A stretch of DNA of 60,351 nucleotides from Eubacteriales bacterium (GTDB taxonomy: Bacteria; Bacillota; Clostridia; Oscillospirales; CAG-272). Position 1 is the stretch's first letter; each line of letters starts with the position of its first letter. Below are positions 1-9,649 of the stretch, piece by piece. The notes under the pieces are model-generated. The model was given only the letters and a program-made list of their open reading frames with translations, made no database searches and was not told where the DNA came from. The position numbers and the translations under genes are program-made. The stretch covers positions 1 to 60,351 of the forward strand of contig JBGVPD010000071.1 in the NCBI GenBank assembly GCA_045126815.1, given 5' to 3'.

Positions 1-21
1 GCGTGCATACTCCTGCGGCTT

Positions 22-95
22 GATGAGATGCAACACTTCGTGTTGATGATATGCAATTCCTTCGGAATTGATGAGATACAAGGCTTCGCCTTGAT
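22..95. repeat. Cluster of three tandem short hairpins with TTC/GAA triloops (REP-like)
   Basis: CAACAC-TTC-GTGTTG, CAATTCC-TTC-GGAATTG and CAAGGC-TTC-GCCTTG, each preceded by ATGA(G/T)AT(G/A). Confidence 0.7.
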
Positions 96-156
96 TTGTA
101 TGCAGAAAAGTGATATAATCTGTTCGAAAAACAAGAATTTGACGGAGGATTTTTAT

Positions 157-1029
157 ATGAATACTATATGGTCAACGTATGTACAAAGTATAGGTACATT
201 ATATGACTCTCGTGTTTTAAGATTTTCAGATACGTTTAAAAATAAATACACCAATGCATTTAGCATCGATGATAAAACAAAGCTGTTAGAAATTGGTTGC
301 GGACCAGGAGCTCTTGCGGAATCTCTGGCAAGGTGGTATCCTTGTGTACAAATACATGGCATAGATAGGGATTCTAATTTTATTGAGTTTGCAAGAAAAA
401 CAGCACCACATATCGAATTCGCTGAAGGCGATGCTACAGAATTACCATTTAAAAGCAATACATTTGATGTAACAATTTCAAATACAGTTGCAGAACATAT
501 TGAGCCAGCGAAATTTTACGGTGAACAATATCGTGTTTTAAAAGAAAATGGAGTCTGTTTAGTTTTGTCTGCCAGAAAAGGAATTAATATATCAGCCCAG
601 TGCATAAGGGAAGAATCGGATTTAGAAAAAGAGATATGGAAACGAGTTGATAAATATTTCAATGAAATCAATAAAAAATATGCAGTATGTGCATATCCAC
701 AAAGTGAGATGGAAATGCCATTATGTATGGAACAGTATGGATTTAGGAATGTAACAGTGGACTACATTACCATTAATTTAACGCCTGATAATCCAATTTA
801 CCCAAAAGAAATGGCATATGCTATGATAAATGCAAACAGAAAGTGTGCAGTAGATAATGTTGAGAGCTTAAGACAAATTAGTAATGGAATAGTGAGTGGT
901 TCGGAGATTGAAGAACTGAAACACATTGTTAACTCGAAATATGATAAGCGGATTGAATTATATAACAAAGGTATCAAACAATGGGACACAAACGTATCTG
1001 TAACTATGATAATGCGAGGTGTCAAATAA
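157..1029 (+). CDS. Class I SAM-dependent methyltransferase
   Basis: LEIGCGPG motif I, GIDRD, GDATELPF..FDV; GGAGG RBS before ATG 157 (the ORF-track start at 28 is too early). Confidence 0.85.
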   Translation: MNTIWSTYVQSIGTLYDSRVLRFSDTFKNKYTNAFSIDDKTKLLEIGCGPGALAESLARWYPCVQIHGIDRDSNFIEFARKTAPHIEFAEGDATELPFKSNTFDVTISNTVAEHIEPAKFYGEQYRVLKENGVCLVLSARKGINISAQCIREESDLEKEIWKRVDKYFNEINKKYAVCAYPQSEMEMPLCMEQYGFRNVTVDYITINLTPDNPIYPKEMAYAMINANRKCAVDNVESLRQISNGIVSGSEIEELKHIVNSKYDKRIELYNKGIKQWDTNVSVTMIMRGVK

Positions 1030-1041
1030 AACGCCTTATTA

Positions 1042-1069
1042 AGTTCAATAAATTTCAATTTGTTGAACA
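1042..1069. other. 11-6-11 imperfect palindrome, possible tyrosine-recombinase (dif-like) site
   Basis: AGTTCAATAAA-TTTCAA-TTTGTTGAACA just after the methyltransferase stop. Confidence 0.35.
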
Positions 1070-1138
1070 GCGCTGCCACAATACTTTTGGTCGTTTTTAC
1101 CCCCTACTTATACACCGTTTAGTCGTTCTTTCGCAAAT

Positions 1139-1172
1139 AAAAAATCCGTTCACAAAAGTGAACGGATTTTTT
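1139..1172. terminator. Rho-independent terminator, bidirectional type
   Basis: AAAAAATCCGTTCAC-AAAA-GTGAACGGATTTTTT. Confidence 0.75.
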
Positions 1173-1277
1173 GTGTTATTAGTCAAGATTTTCTAATGAA
1201 TAATTGTGATTATCCCTTGTAGATACAACGTTGATATGATATAATAATTTACAGTTACAGAAATGGAGATATAAAGT

Positions 1278-1730
1278 ATGATAAAGATCCTATTTGTTTG
1301 CCACGGCAATATATGCAGGAGTCCTATGGCGGAATTTTTGTTGAAAAAGCTTGTATCGGATAAAGGAGTAGCTGATAAGTTTTTGATTGAATCGGCGGCA
1401 ACTTCGACCGAAGAACTAGGCAATCCCATACACTACGGTACAAGACAGGTACTTAAAAAATATAATATTGATTTTTCAAACAAAAGAGCAAGGCAGATAA
1501 ACAGTTCTGATTATGAAAAATACGATTACATAATCGGAATGGACAGATATAATATGCGCAATATGATCAGAGTTTTCGGTGAGGATAAGCAAAATAAGTT
1601 ATCTCTTTTGCTCGATTATACGGATGAACCGAGAGACGTTGCTGATCCTTGGTATACGGGAGATTTTTCTGCAACTGAAGAAGACGTATTAAACGGCTGC
1701 GCTGCTTTTTTGGAAAAATTAAATATATGA
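1278..1730 (+). CDS. Low-molecular-weight protein-tyrosine phosphatase
   Basis: VCHGNICRSPMAE P-loop and DVADPWY motif. Confidence 0.93.
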   Translation: MIKILFVCHGNICRSPMAEFLLKKLVSDKGVADKFLIESAATSTEELGNPIHYGTRQVLKKYNIDFSNKRARQINSSDYEKYDYIIGMDRYNMRNMIRVFGEDKQNKLSLLLDYTDEPRDVADPWYTGDFSATEEDVLNGCAAFLEKLNI

Positions 1731-1788
1731 TAATAAATACGTATTGAAATAACAATATTTTGTTTGTATAATTAACTGTAGTTAAAGA

Positions 1789-3018
1789 ATGAAAGGCGAG
1801 ATGTGTATGAATTCTGACGTAAAAAAAGTATTGAAAATATGCGGGTGCATATTTTTGCTGTTTTTATGTATATTTTACTGGCAAACTTTTGTCACGTTTT
1901 TGGGAGTAGCGTTGTCGGCGGCGTCTCCGTTAATACTTGGCGGAGTGGTTGCTTTTATAGTAAATATTTTGATGTCAAAATACGAGAAGTGGTTCTTTGC
2001 GAAAACAAAAAAGAAGATAGTTTTAAAGATCAGACGTCCGATATGTATGATTTTGGCTTTCTTAACGGCGATTGTTGTTTTGGCGGTTATAATATATTTG
2101 GTAGTTCCTCAGCTTATTTCTTGTATTAACGTAATCATAGCGTTTTTTAAGACAATTCCCGGCTATATAAGCGAGTTTGTTGTGAAGGCAAAAGAGTGGG
2201 ATTTCATACCTGAAAAAGTGTTGGTAACATTATCAAGTATAGATTGGGAGTCAAGAATAACACAGTTTGCAGAATGGATGAGTTCAGGTGTTGGAGACGT
2301 CGTGAACACTCTTGCAAAGACGGTTATGGGTATCGTGTCAGGTATAATAACGACGGTGATCGGACTTATATTCTCGATATATCTTTTGCTTGATAAAGAT
2401 AGACTCAAAAGACAGTTTAAGAAAATTGCAAAAACTTATACACCTAAAAAAGTACACGAAAAAGTATTTTATTTTGTAGCTGTATTGAATGACAGTTTCA
2501 GAAGATTTATTGTAGGTCAGATTTCGGAAGCTTTGATAATCGGATTGTTGTGTACTTTTGGAATGATGATATTCCGTTTTCCGTATGCTACGATGATAGG
2601 TGCGCTTATAGCGGTTACGGCATTGATTCCGATAGCGGGTGCATATATAGGTGCAATTACGGGTGCTATTGTTATTCTGACGGTGTCACCCATAAAAGCT
2701 CTTTGGTTTTTGGTGTTTATACTTGTCTTACAACAGCTTGAGGGAAATATAATATATCCCCGTGTTGTAGGTTCATCTTTGGGATTGCCGGGAATATGGG
2801 TTTTGGCAGCAGTAACCATAGGCGGCGGATGTTTCGGAATTTTGGGAATGCTTATCGGAGTACCTCTTACTTCGGCAGTGTATAGGATAATAACCGAAGA
2901 CACAAGAAAGAAAGCGGTTTTGGAAGAAAAAAACGTTATTAAAGAACCATTACCCGAGAGTGAAGGCGAAAACGACAAAATAGACGAAGAAGAGCCTCAA
3001 AATTTGGAAAAAAACTAA
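1789..3018 (+). CDS. AI-2E (PerM/TqsA) family transporter
   Basis: Multi-TM protein with QQLEGNIIYPRVVGSSLGL signature. Confidence 0.9.
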   Translation: MKGEMCMNSDVKKVLKICGCIFLLFLCIFYWQTFVTFLGVALSAASPLILGGVVAFIVNILMSKYEKWFFAKTKKKIVLKIRRPICMILAFLTAIVVLAVIIYLVVPQLISCINVIIAFFKTIPGYISEFVVKAKEWDFIPEKVLVTLSSIDWESRITQFAEWMSSGVGDVVNTLAKTVMGIVSGIITTVIGLIFSIYLLLDKDRLKRQFKKIAKTYTPKKVHEKVFYFVAVLNDSFRRFIVGQISEALIIGLLCTFGMMIFRFPYATMIGALIAVTALIPIAGAYIGAITGAIVILTVSPIKALWFLVFILVLQQLEGNIIYPRVVGSSLGLPGIWVLAAVTIGGGCFGILGMLIGVPLTSAVYRIITEDTRKKAVLEEKNVIKEPLPESEGENDKIDEEEPQNLEKN

Positions 3019-3098
3019 AAAATGTACATTGACATTTTTATATAAATAGGCTATATTTATATTGTGACAGAAATAAAATTAAGCGAGGTAAGATTACG

Positions 3099-3395
3099 AT
3101 GGCAGAAGAATTTATGGGTGATGAAATATTCACATTGACAGATGAAGAGGGAAATGAAAGCGAATTTGAACTTATTGCAAGTCAGGAAATAGACGGAACT
3201 ACTTACGTAGCTCTCGTTCCTTACGATGCAGCAAAGAAAGACGATGCAGAACAAGAGTACGTTGTATTGAAGCTTATTGCAGACGAAAACGGCGAAGATC
3301 TTTTGGTTACTATCGATGATGACGATGAATTTGAAAAGGTAGCTGAAATATTTGAGGATATGCTTTTCGATGAAATCGATTATGATGCAAACTGA
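3099..3395 (+). CDS. DUF1292 family protein
   Basis: Acidic small protein, TLTDEEGNESEFE...YVALVP...LVTIDDDDEFEKV pattern. Confidence 0.8.
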   Translation: MAEEFMGDEIFTLTDEEGNESEFELIASQEIDGTTYVALVPYDAAKKDDAEQEYVVLKLIADENGEDLLVTIDDDDEFEKVAEIFEDMLFDEIDYDAN

Positions 3396-3483
3396 TCTTT
3401 GTGTCAAATAATTACAGTAATCAAAAAATATTTTTTGCATACTATAATAATATTCCTGCTTTGTTTGTGATAAACGGGTAATT

Positions 3484-3659
3484 AAACCCACAAATCATTA
3501 AAGGAGCCTGTGTTTTGGTATGGGGAATGCAGACCTCCCTTTGTGTGCCTGTTATTATTCACGCATGCAAAAGGACGTTGGTAGCACAAACTATCGAATA
3601 GGGCACCGCCTTGCACATGCAGGGTTGCTTAATTTCCGTTTACACGGCCCGGTGGGGCT
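3484..3659 (+). ncRNA. ssrS: 6S RNA
   Basis: ORF-free ~175 nt with paired ends (CCCAC/GTGGG), Firmicute 6S-like segments GAGCCTGTGT...GGGCACCGCCTTG...AGGGTT...ACACGGC, followed by a terminator; boundaries approximate. Confidence 0.7.
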
Positions 3660-3666
3660 TATATGG

Positions 3667-3702
3667 CGCTCGGTTAAAGAAATTTAGCCGAGCGTTATTT
3701 TT
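3667..3702 (+). terminator. Terminator after 6S RNA
   Basis: CGCTCGGTTAAA-GAAA-TTTAGCCGAGCG followed by a T tract. Confidence 0.75.
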
Positions 3703-3810
3703 TGAAAATATAAAAACAAGAGAGTTAGTGTGCTTCGCATACTAACTCTCTATTGTATTTAACAAAAACCCTCTCCGAACTTTAGTTTGGAGAGGGAAAG
3801 TTTTATGAAA

Positions 3811-4734
3811 TTATTTATCTGATTTCATAAGCTCTGAAGCGGAAGTTGCAAGACCGGCGAGAGATTGAATTTCGCTGGGAATAATAATTTTGGTTGCATT
3901 TCCGTTTGCCGCTTCAACAAAAGCTTCAAGACCTTTTAATGCTACGATTTCTTTTGTAGGAGAAGCTTCATTAAGCATTCTTATACCGGCAGCGTTTGCT
4001 TCCTGAATTTTGAGGATAGCCTCTGCTTCACCGGCAGCTTCAAGTATTTTTGTTTCTTTTTGAGCTTCTGCCTCGAGAATGGCCGCTTGTTTCTTTGCTT
4101 CGGCTTCAAGAATCATAGACTGTTTTCTACCCTCGGAAACAAGGATCTGTGAGTTCTTTTCGCCTTCTGCACGCAAGATAAGCTCACGGCGTTCACGCTC
4201 GGCTTTCATCTGTTTTTCCATAGCGTCTTGAATTTCTTTGGGAGGGATAATGTTTTTAAGCTCAACTCTGTTAACCTTAATACCCCAAGGGTCTGTAGCT
4301 TCATCAAGGATAGCGCGCATTTTTGTGTTTATGATATCTCTTGAAGTAAGTGTTGAGTCGAGTTCAAGCTCACCAATAATGTTACGCAACGTCGTTGCGG
4401 TAAGGTTTTCAATAGCCGCAATAGGATTTGTAACACCGTAGGTGTAGAGTTTGCAGTCTGTAATTTGATAGAATATAACGGTATCTATCTGCATTCTAAC
4501 GTTATCTTTTGTAATAACCGGCTGAGGCGGGAAGTCTGCTACCTGTTCCATAAGAGTTACCTTTTTTGCAACTCTGAAAAGGAAAGGAATCTTGAAGTGA
4601 AGTCCCGTATGCCACGTTGTATGGTATGCTCCCAAACGTTCAACAACGAAGCCGTATGCCTGAGGAACGATGTGTATGTTGTTGATGATGATAAGAATTA
4701 CAACAACAGCTAAACCAATAAGAAGACCATTCAT
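3811..4734 (-). CDS. SPFH/band 7 stomatin-like membrane protein (QmcA-like)
   Basis: N-terminal TM, PPQPVITKDNV, LDEATDPWGIKV, C-terminal coiled coil. Confidence 0.92.
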   Translation of the reverse strand: MNGLLIGLAVVVILIIINNIHIVPQAYGFVVERLGAYHTTWHTGLHFKIPFLFRVAKKVTLMEQVADFPPQPVITKDNVRMQIDTVIFYQITDCKLYTYGVTNPIAAIENLTATTLRNIIGELELDSTLTSRDIINTKMRAILDEATDPWGIKVNRVELKNIIPPKEIQDAMEKQMKAERERRELILRAEGEKNSQILVSEGRKQSMILEAEAKKQAAILEAEAQKETKILEAAGEAEAILKIQEANAAGIRMLNEASPTKEIVALKGLEAFVEAANGNATKIIIPSEIQSLAGLATSASELMKSDK

Positions 4735-4753
4735 AAAAATATACCTCCGATAA

Positions 4754-5200
4754 TTATTTTTTTATGCAAATAAGCTTTACGCCTCTTATTTCTTTTATTA
4801 TAACAATATCTCCTTTTTCCAATACAACGTTTGGATCATCTGAGATAGCTGACCACTCTTTACCCCAAACTTTTACACAACCCGAGCCTTCTATGTTGTT
4901 AACTTTTTCGGTAACGATACCTTCTTTACCAATAACCGAATCAAGATTTGTGGCAACTAATGGGCTTTTTTTGATTGCTTTTTTGAATATGGTGGTTGAC
5001 AGTGTAACCAATATAAACGCAACTGCAAAGAAAACCAAAACTTGTACCCAAATCGCTACTTCAAAAGGCAGCAGAGAAAGTATAAGTGAAACACAACCTG
5101 CAGGGATAAACCATATAGTAACGAGATCGGCTGTGTTTGCTTCAATAAAAACGGCGATCAGTGTAATTGCCGTCCAAATATAAGGCATATATTGCATCAT
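4754..5200 (-). CDS. NfeD-like C-terminal OB-fold membrane protein
   Basis: TM helices then IGKEGIV..G.VKVWGKEWSA; canonical partner upstream of an SPFH gene. Confidence 0.88.
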   Translation of the reverse strand: MMQYMPYIWTAITLIAVFIEANTADLVTIWFIPAGCVSLILSLLPFEVAIWVQVLVFFAVAFILVTLSTTIFKKAIKKSPLVATNLDSVIGKEGIVTEKVNNIEGSGCVKVWGKEWSAISDDPNVVLEKGDIVIIKEIRGVKLICIKK

Positions 5201-5340
5201 ACGCGTAATCCTCCTGTATAAACTATTCGTCTATATTATTATAGCATATTTTCGGTATAATGTAAATAATATTAGAAATAGAAATAACATAACAAAATTT
5301 GTAGCAAATATACAAATTTTTTTGGGGGAGAGAAAATTTA

Positions 5341-5369
5341 TTGACAAAAGAATAATCCTTTGTTATAAT
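5341..5369 (+). promoter_or_regulatory. SigA promoter for acpP
   Basis: TTGACA-N17-TATAAT with TG extension. Confidence 0.75.
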
Positions 5370-5502
5370 TGGGAATAAAGTCGAATATTGTTTCGGCGAT
5401 ATATTTGTAATGATTGAAACAGCCGTGTTTTCCGATGTAAATACGGCATATATGTTTCTTACAAAAATAACATCCACTATGACATCGGGAATGGAGAATT
5501 AT

Positions 5503-5733
5503 ATGTTTGAAAAAGTAAAAGAAATGTTAGAAGAAGCTTTGCAGATTAACCCCGACGAGATATCACTTAAGAGTGAGCTTGTGGGCGACCTTGGAATTAA
5601 CTCTCTTGAACTTGCAGATTTGGTTCTTACATGCGAAGAAAAATTTGATATTGAAATTAATGACGAAGACATTCACAAATTTGTTACCGTAGGTGACGTT
5701 GTAAACTACCTTTCGGAAGCAGTTGGAGAATAA
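5503..5733 (+). CDS. acpP: Acyl carrier protein
   Basis: MFEKVKEML...DLGINSLEL (phosphopantetheine Ser)...TVGDVVNYL; GGAG RBS before ATG 5503. Confidence 0.85.
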   Translation: MFEKVKEMLEEALQINPDEISLKSELVGDLGINSLELADLVLTCEEKFDIEINDEDIHKFVTVGDVVNYLSEAVGE

Positions 5734-5860
5734 AATTACAATTTGATTTTTATGGACAGCGGACAGTTTTTGTCATGCTGTCCTAATGTTTCTTATTATC
5801 TTTTTAGTAAATTTTGGAAAGTATCGTTTGTTTTAAGATTTTGTTGAGGGAAGTGATCGT

Positions 5861-6472
5861 ATGGGCAAGTTTTTCGCATCGTTTGGCGTTGTATTGTTTG
5901 TCGTATTTATTTTAGGCGTTATATGGGTAATTTACTCAAGAATTACGGCAAAAAAAATAATGCAAAAAGGAAGAAATAAAATAGGATTTGCTTTCAATTA
6001 TCTCAGCTTAAGATTTAGTAGATTGAACACTATAAAGGACGTAAAGCTCATCGTCAGAAATCCTAATGCCGTAGGCGGAAGGTACGTTTCGGATATTGGC
6101 TTGGTTTTTGTAAACAGAGGCGGTATATTTGTTATTGACAGCGTTCGCGGATCGGGCTTTGTTGATATAAATGAAGGCGGAAAATGGAACAGAATTATAA
6201 ATGACAAATTTTACACTTTTGACGATCCTTTTATCAAAAATACCCAAAGAGTAAAAGATATGAAGACTTTTTTACGAGACGAGGGTGTAGAAAACATACC
6301 AGTACATAATATAGTATTGTTTACGGGAAGAACGGTGAAGTTCTCAAAGCATCTAAACGGACTTATAACGGCTAATGAATTAACTCCGTTTATGATAGAT
6401 CTAAACAAGGATAGATTTCTTTCTTACAAAGAAATAAGAGACGTTATCAAGCTTATAAAAAGCAAACAGTAA
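5861..6472 (+). CDS. Membrane-anchored NERD (nuclease-related domain) protein
   Basis: N-terminal TM; DIGLVFVNRGGIFVID..G and DPFIKN pattern; catalytic residues look divergent. Confidence 0.6.
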   Translation: MGKFFASFGVVLFVVFILGVIWVIYSRITAKKIMQKGRNKIGFAFNYLSLRFSRLNTIKDVKLIVRNPNAVGGRYVSDIGLVFVNRGGIFVIDSVRGSGFVDINEGGKWNRIINDKFYTFDDPFIKNTQRVKDMKTFLRDEGVENIPVHNIVLFTGRTVKFSKHLNGLITANELTPFMIDLNKDRFLSYKEIRDVIKLIKSKQ

Positions 6473-6506
6473 AAACAAAAAGCTATGTGTTAGTACACAC
6501 ATAGCT

Positions 6507-7298
6507 TTATTTTTTTGAAAACTTTTTTTGAATTATAAATGATGTGATTAACCAAATCACAACGGAAGAACAAAGGATTGATACGACTGTTCTTACCGTA
6601 TTCATAAAGAAATCGATGTTTAAAATCATAGTAAGAGTGTCGTTGAAAAATGATCCCATAAATTTATCAGGTGAAAAAGGGAAGAAAAGATAGTGCATAT
6701 ATTCCCACAGTGTGCTGAAAAAAGTGTCGAAAGAAAAGTTTGATATACCTGATTTGATAATTACAAACAGTAAAAATAAGATAATAACCGTGATTAGTCC
6801 CAGTATCGAATACAAAGAATAATTAAAAATGTATTCTTTCGTTTTTCTGCGGTTAAATACGATGTAAATACCCAAGAGAACAAACAATATGAAGATAACG
6901 GCAGTTATATATTTAATGTTCAAGAAAAGCAGTTTTACATCTTGCATATGTTCGACCGATTCGTCTGAAAAAATGTTAATGTCGTCCCTTATTATTCCGT
7001 TTAACACAACTCCGTCCATTTGCAAAGCGAAACTGTCTTTTTTGTCGGATAGAAAATCGGTAATGTGTTCTATTATATCATCGACCTGAGCGCTTGTAAA
7101 TTTTGCCGTTTTGTTTCTGTCTCCGCCGATATATCTAACGTATAGGTACTCGTTTTCATCGGGATATGAATTACATTTTATAAACTGATTTTTATAGTAT
7201 GTTTTGGAGTTTGATATAAAAACAGCGGGAAGGGATATTGAAAGTAATATCAAACATAAAGTAAAGAGTATGACCGAAAATTTATTCAAGACTTTCAT
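6507..7298 (-). CDS. TIGR01906/DUF1461 integral membrane protein (Lit-like lipoprotein intramolecular transacylase)
   Basis: HMQDVKLLF and MHYLFF motifs, four TM segments. Confidence 0.65.
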   Translation of the reverse strand: MKVLNKFSVILFTLCLILLSISLPAVFISNSKTYYKNQFIKCNSYPDENEYLYVRYIGGDRNKTAKFTSAQVDDIIEHITDFLSDKKDSFALQMDGVVLNGIIRDDINIFSDESVEHMQDVKLLFLNIKYITAVIFILFVLLGIYIVFNRRKTKEYIFNYSLYSILGLITVIILFLLFVIIKSGISNFSFDTFFSTLWEYMHYLFFPFSPDKFMGSFFNDTLTMILNIDFFMNTVRTVVSILCSSVVIWLITSFIIQKKFSKK

Positions 7299-7343
7299 TT
7301 ATCCTTATCCCCCTTTTTTGTGTTGTTTTTGCTTTATAAATCG

Positions 7344-8063
7344 TTATGCGATAAATGCCCATATTACAGCTATAATTATAGAGGGCAGCATATTTGCGAC
7401 TTTGACAGAATTTTTACGCAAAAGGTTAAGACCGACACAAAAGATCAATATTGAGCCGGTGAGCGAAAGATTATGTAATGCGACTTCTGTCATATAAGGC
7501 TGAATGAGCTTTGCTGTAAGGGTAAATCCACCTTGCAGTATTAATACGGGAATAGCTGAAAAAACGCAGCCTTTACCCATAGATGATGTCATTACGATTA
7601 TTATAATGAAGTCCAAAAGAGATTTTATAAGAAGTATAGAATAATCGCCGAAAATACCGTCTTGAATTGAACCGACGACAGTCATGGCGCCCACGCATAC
7701 GGTGATGGAGGCGCTGACAAAACCGTCAACGAACATATTGTCTTTTTTGTTTCCGCTTTTTCGCTTCAGCCATTCGGCGAAACGTTCGATTAATCCGTCA
7801 ATATTAATTAATTCGCCGATTAAAGTACCCAAAGCAAAACTGACTATCATCATAAGAGTACCGCTGCTTGAAAGTGTACCGTCGTTCTGTACGGACATTA
7901 TTTTTTCGAGAGCGCCGCTGAGTCCTATGAACATTACGCATATACCCGTTGATTTTATCAGGGCGTTTTGCAGATTTTCTTTGAGGAATTTCCCGAACAG
8001 TCTTCCGATAATTCCGCCAAGCAATATGGCTAAAGTGTTTATAATCGTTCCAAGTCCTATCAT
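7344..8063 (-). CDS. DUF554 (YdfK/YqgA) membrane protein
   Basis: GLGTIIN...CVGAMTVVGSIQDG...KSLLD...KVANMLP. Confidence 0.9.
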   Translation of the reverse strand: MIGLGTIINTLAILLGGIIGRLFGKFLKENLQNALIKSTGICVMFIGLSGALEKIMSVQNDGTLSSSGTLMMIVSFALGTLIGELINIDGLIERFAEWLKRKSGNKKDNMFVDGFVSASITVCVGAMTVVGSIQDGIFGDYSILLIKSLLDFIIIIVMTSSMGKGCVFSAIPVLILQGGFTLTAKLIQPYMTEVALHNLSLTGSILIFCVGLNLLRKNSVKVANMLPSIIIAVIWAFIA

Positions 8064-8082
8064 AATCTTTACCTAACAAATT

Positions 8083-8766
8083 TTAACAAAACATTTTAAA
8101 GAGTGAGCTTGTGCCTAGTCTTGACGCACCGAGGTCAAGGAATTTTACCGCATCGTCTATTGATTTGATTCCGCCCGCCGCTTTTACTTTTATTCTGCTA
8201 CCGACTTCTTTTGCCATAAGTTCGACGTCGTGGAAAGTAGCGCCGCTTGTTGAAAAGCCTGTTGACGTTTTTATATATTCAGCTCCGCTTTCAACAACGA
8301 TCTCGCACATTTTTCTTTTTTCATCATCGGTCAAAAGACAGGTTTCGATAATGACTTTTAACAATTTTCCGTCACAAGCATCCTTTATTCCTTTTATTTC
8401 ATCAAGGATCTTATCGGTCTTTCCTGCTTTTAAATCGCCGATGTTTATAACCATATCTATTTCACAAGCGCCGTTTCTTACAGCATCCGACGTTTCAAAT
8501 ATTTTTGTTTTTTTCGTCATGTAACCGTTCGGGAATCCGATGACGGTGCATATAGGAAGCTGGTTTTCGGTATATTCATACGCTTGTTTTACAAAAGAGG
8601 GGGGGATGCATACGGAAGCTGTTTGACCTAAATACCCCTCATCGCATATTTTTTGTACGTCTTTCCACACAGCATCTTGTTTTAATATCGTATGGTCGCA
8701 AAAAGAAAGAATTTGTTTTCCAGTATAGTTGCCGTATTTTGCATTAAGTTTATCTTGATTAAGCAT
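8083..8766 (-). CDS. deoC: Deoxyribose-phosphate aldolase
   Basis: DHTILK, CTVIGFPNG, EIDMVIN, KVIIET, KTSTGF, KAAGGI, RLGTS. Confidence 0.96.
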   Translation of the reverse strand: MLNQDKLNAKYGNYTGKQILSFCDHTILKQDAVWKDVQKICDEGYLGQTASVCIPPSFVKQAYEYTENQLPICTVIGFPNGYMTKKTKIFETSDAVRNGACEIDMVINIGDLKAGKTDKILDEIKGIKDACDGKLLKVIIETCLLTDDEKRKMCEIVVESGAEYIKTSTGFSTSGATFHDVELMAKEVGSRIKVKAAGGIKSIDDAVKFLDLGASRLGTSSLFKMFC

Positions 8767-8767
8767 A

Positions 8768-9370
8768 TTATTTTTCCTCGTTATATTTATTTATAATTCT
8801 TATTTCTTTTATTTTAGGGCGGTAGTCACGGTGAACCGTTCCGTTGAGATCGATCACGACAGCATTGTTGCAAATATCGTCAACAACTTCGATACCTTTT
8901 GTTACTCTGCCGAAAGCCGCGTATTGTCCGTCGAGACGGGTGTCGTCCTCGTGCATTATAAAGAATTGAGAGGATGCGCTGTTGTTATCATTTTCCGTTC
9001 TTGCCATAGAGAGAGTGCCTCTTGTGTGACTCATATCGTTTTTAACTCCGTTTGCGGCAAATTCCCCCTTTATTTTTCTGTCGCTTCCGCCGATACCGTC
9101 ACCGTCAGGATCTCCGCCTTGCATCATAAAACCTGCAATTATTCTATGAAATTCAATACCGTTGTAAAATCCTGACTCTACTAGATCAACAAAGTTTGCA
9201 ACGGTTATGGGAGCATACTTTGCTTCAAGAAGGGCAGTGATCGTGCCGTATTCTTCGATTATAATCTCTATTTCGTAGTAATCGTATTCGGGAACAAGCT
9301 TTTTATCTGAACACGAGAAAAGCGTAAAAACGCAAATTATTAAAAGCAACAGTGAAACTACTTTTTTCAT
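8768..9370 (-). CDS. Cyclophilin-type peptidyl-prolyl isomerase, probable lipoprotein
   Basis: APITVANF, FHRIIAGFMMQGGD, GTLSMAR, SQFFI; lipobox-like LFSC. Confidence 0.92.
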   Translation of the reverse strand: MKKVVSLLLLIICVFTLFSCSDKKLVPEYDYYEIEIIIEEYGTITALLEAKYAPITVANFVDLVESGFYNGIEFHRIIAGFMMQGGDPDGDGIGGSDRKIKGEFAANGVKNDMSHTRGTLSMARTENDNNSASSQFFIMHEDDTRLDGQYAAFGRVTKGIEVVDDICNNAVVIDLNGTVHRDYRPKIKEIRIINKYNEEK

Positions 9371-9489
9371 ATTGTTTATGTCTCCTTGTAAATTAATATT
9401 ATAATAAAATATTTTATCACAATTATTCGTTCAATGCAATAGTCTTGTTTTGAACTTTTTTATTATTTTTTTGACTGATAAAAAAGGAA

Positions 9490-9523
9490 ACAGCGACGTG
9501 CAAAAAAAATTGCACGCCGCTGT
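9490..9523 (-). terminator. Terminator of the small N-rich ORF
   Basis: ACAGCGACGTGCAA...TTGCACGCCGCTGT with a T-rich tail on the minus strand. Confidence 0.7.
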
Positions 9524-9541
9524 CTGCAAGCTCAAAAATGT

Positions 9542-9649
9542 TTAGTTCTGGTTGTTAGATGACTGTTGGTTGTTGCTGTTGTTGCTGTTGTTGTTTGAGC
9601 TTTCGGAACGGTTTGACTTGTTTGATTTGTTCTGGTTTTTGTTATCCAT
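9542..9649 (-). CDS. 35-aa Asn/Ser/Gln-rich small protein (not in ORF track)
   Basis: AAGGAGA RBS then MDNKNQNKSNKSNRSESSNNNSNNSNNQQSSNNQN*, followed by a terminator. Confidence 0.6.
   Translation of the reverse strand: MDNKNQNKSNKSNRSESSNNNSNNSNNQQSSNNQN

Noticed and set aside
3667-3796. Three consecutive hairpins as a repeat element
   Set aside because: The sequences are unrelated to each other and are adequately explained as terminators between convergent 6S RNA and SPFH genes.
5410-5502. N-terminal extension of ACP in the ORF track
   Set aside because: The typical ACP start with RBS is at 5503; the upstream part is better explained as a structured leader.
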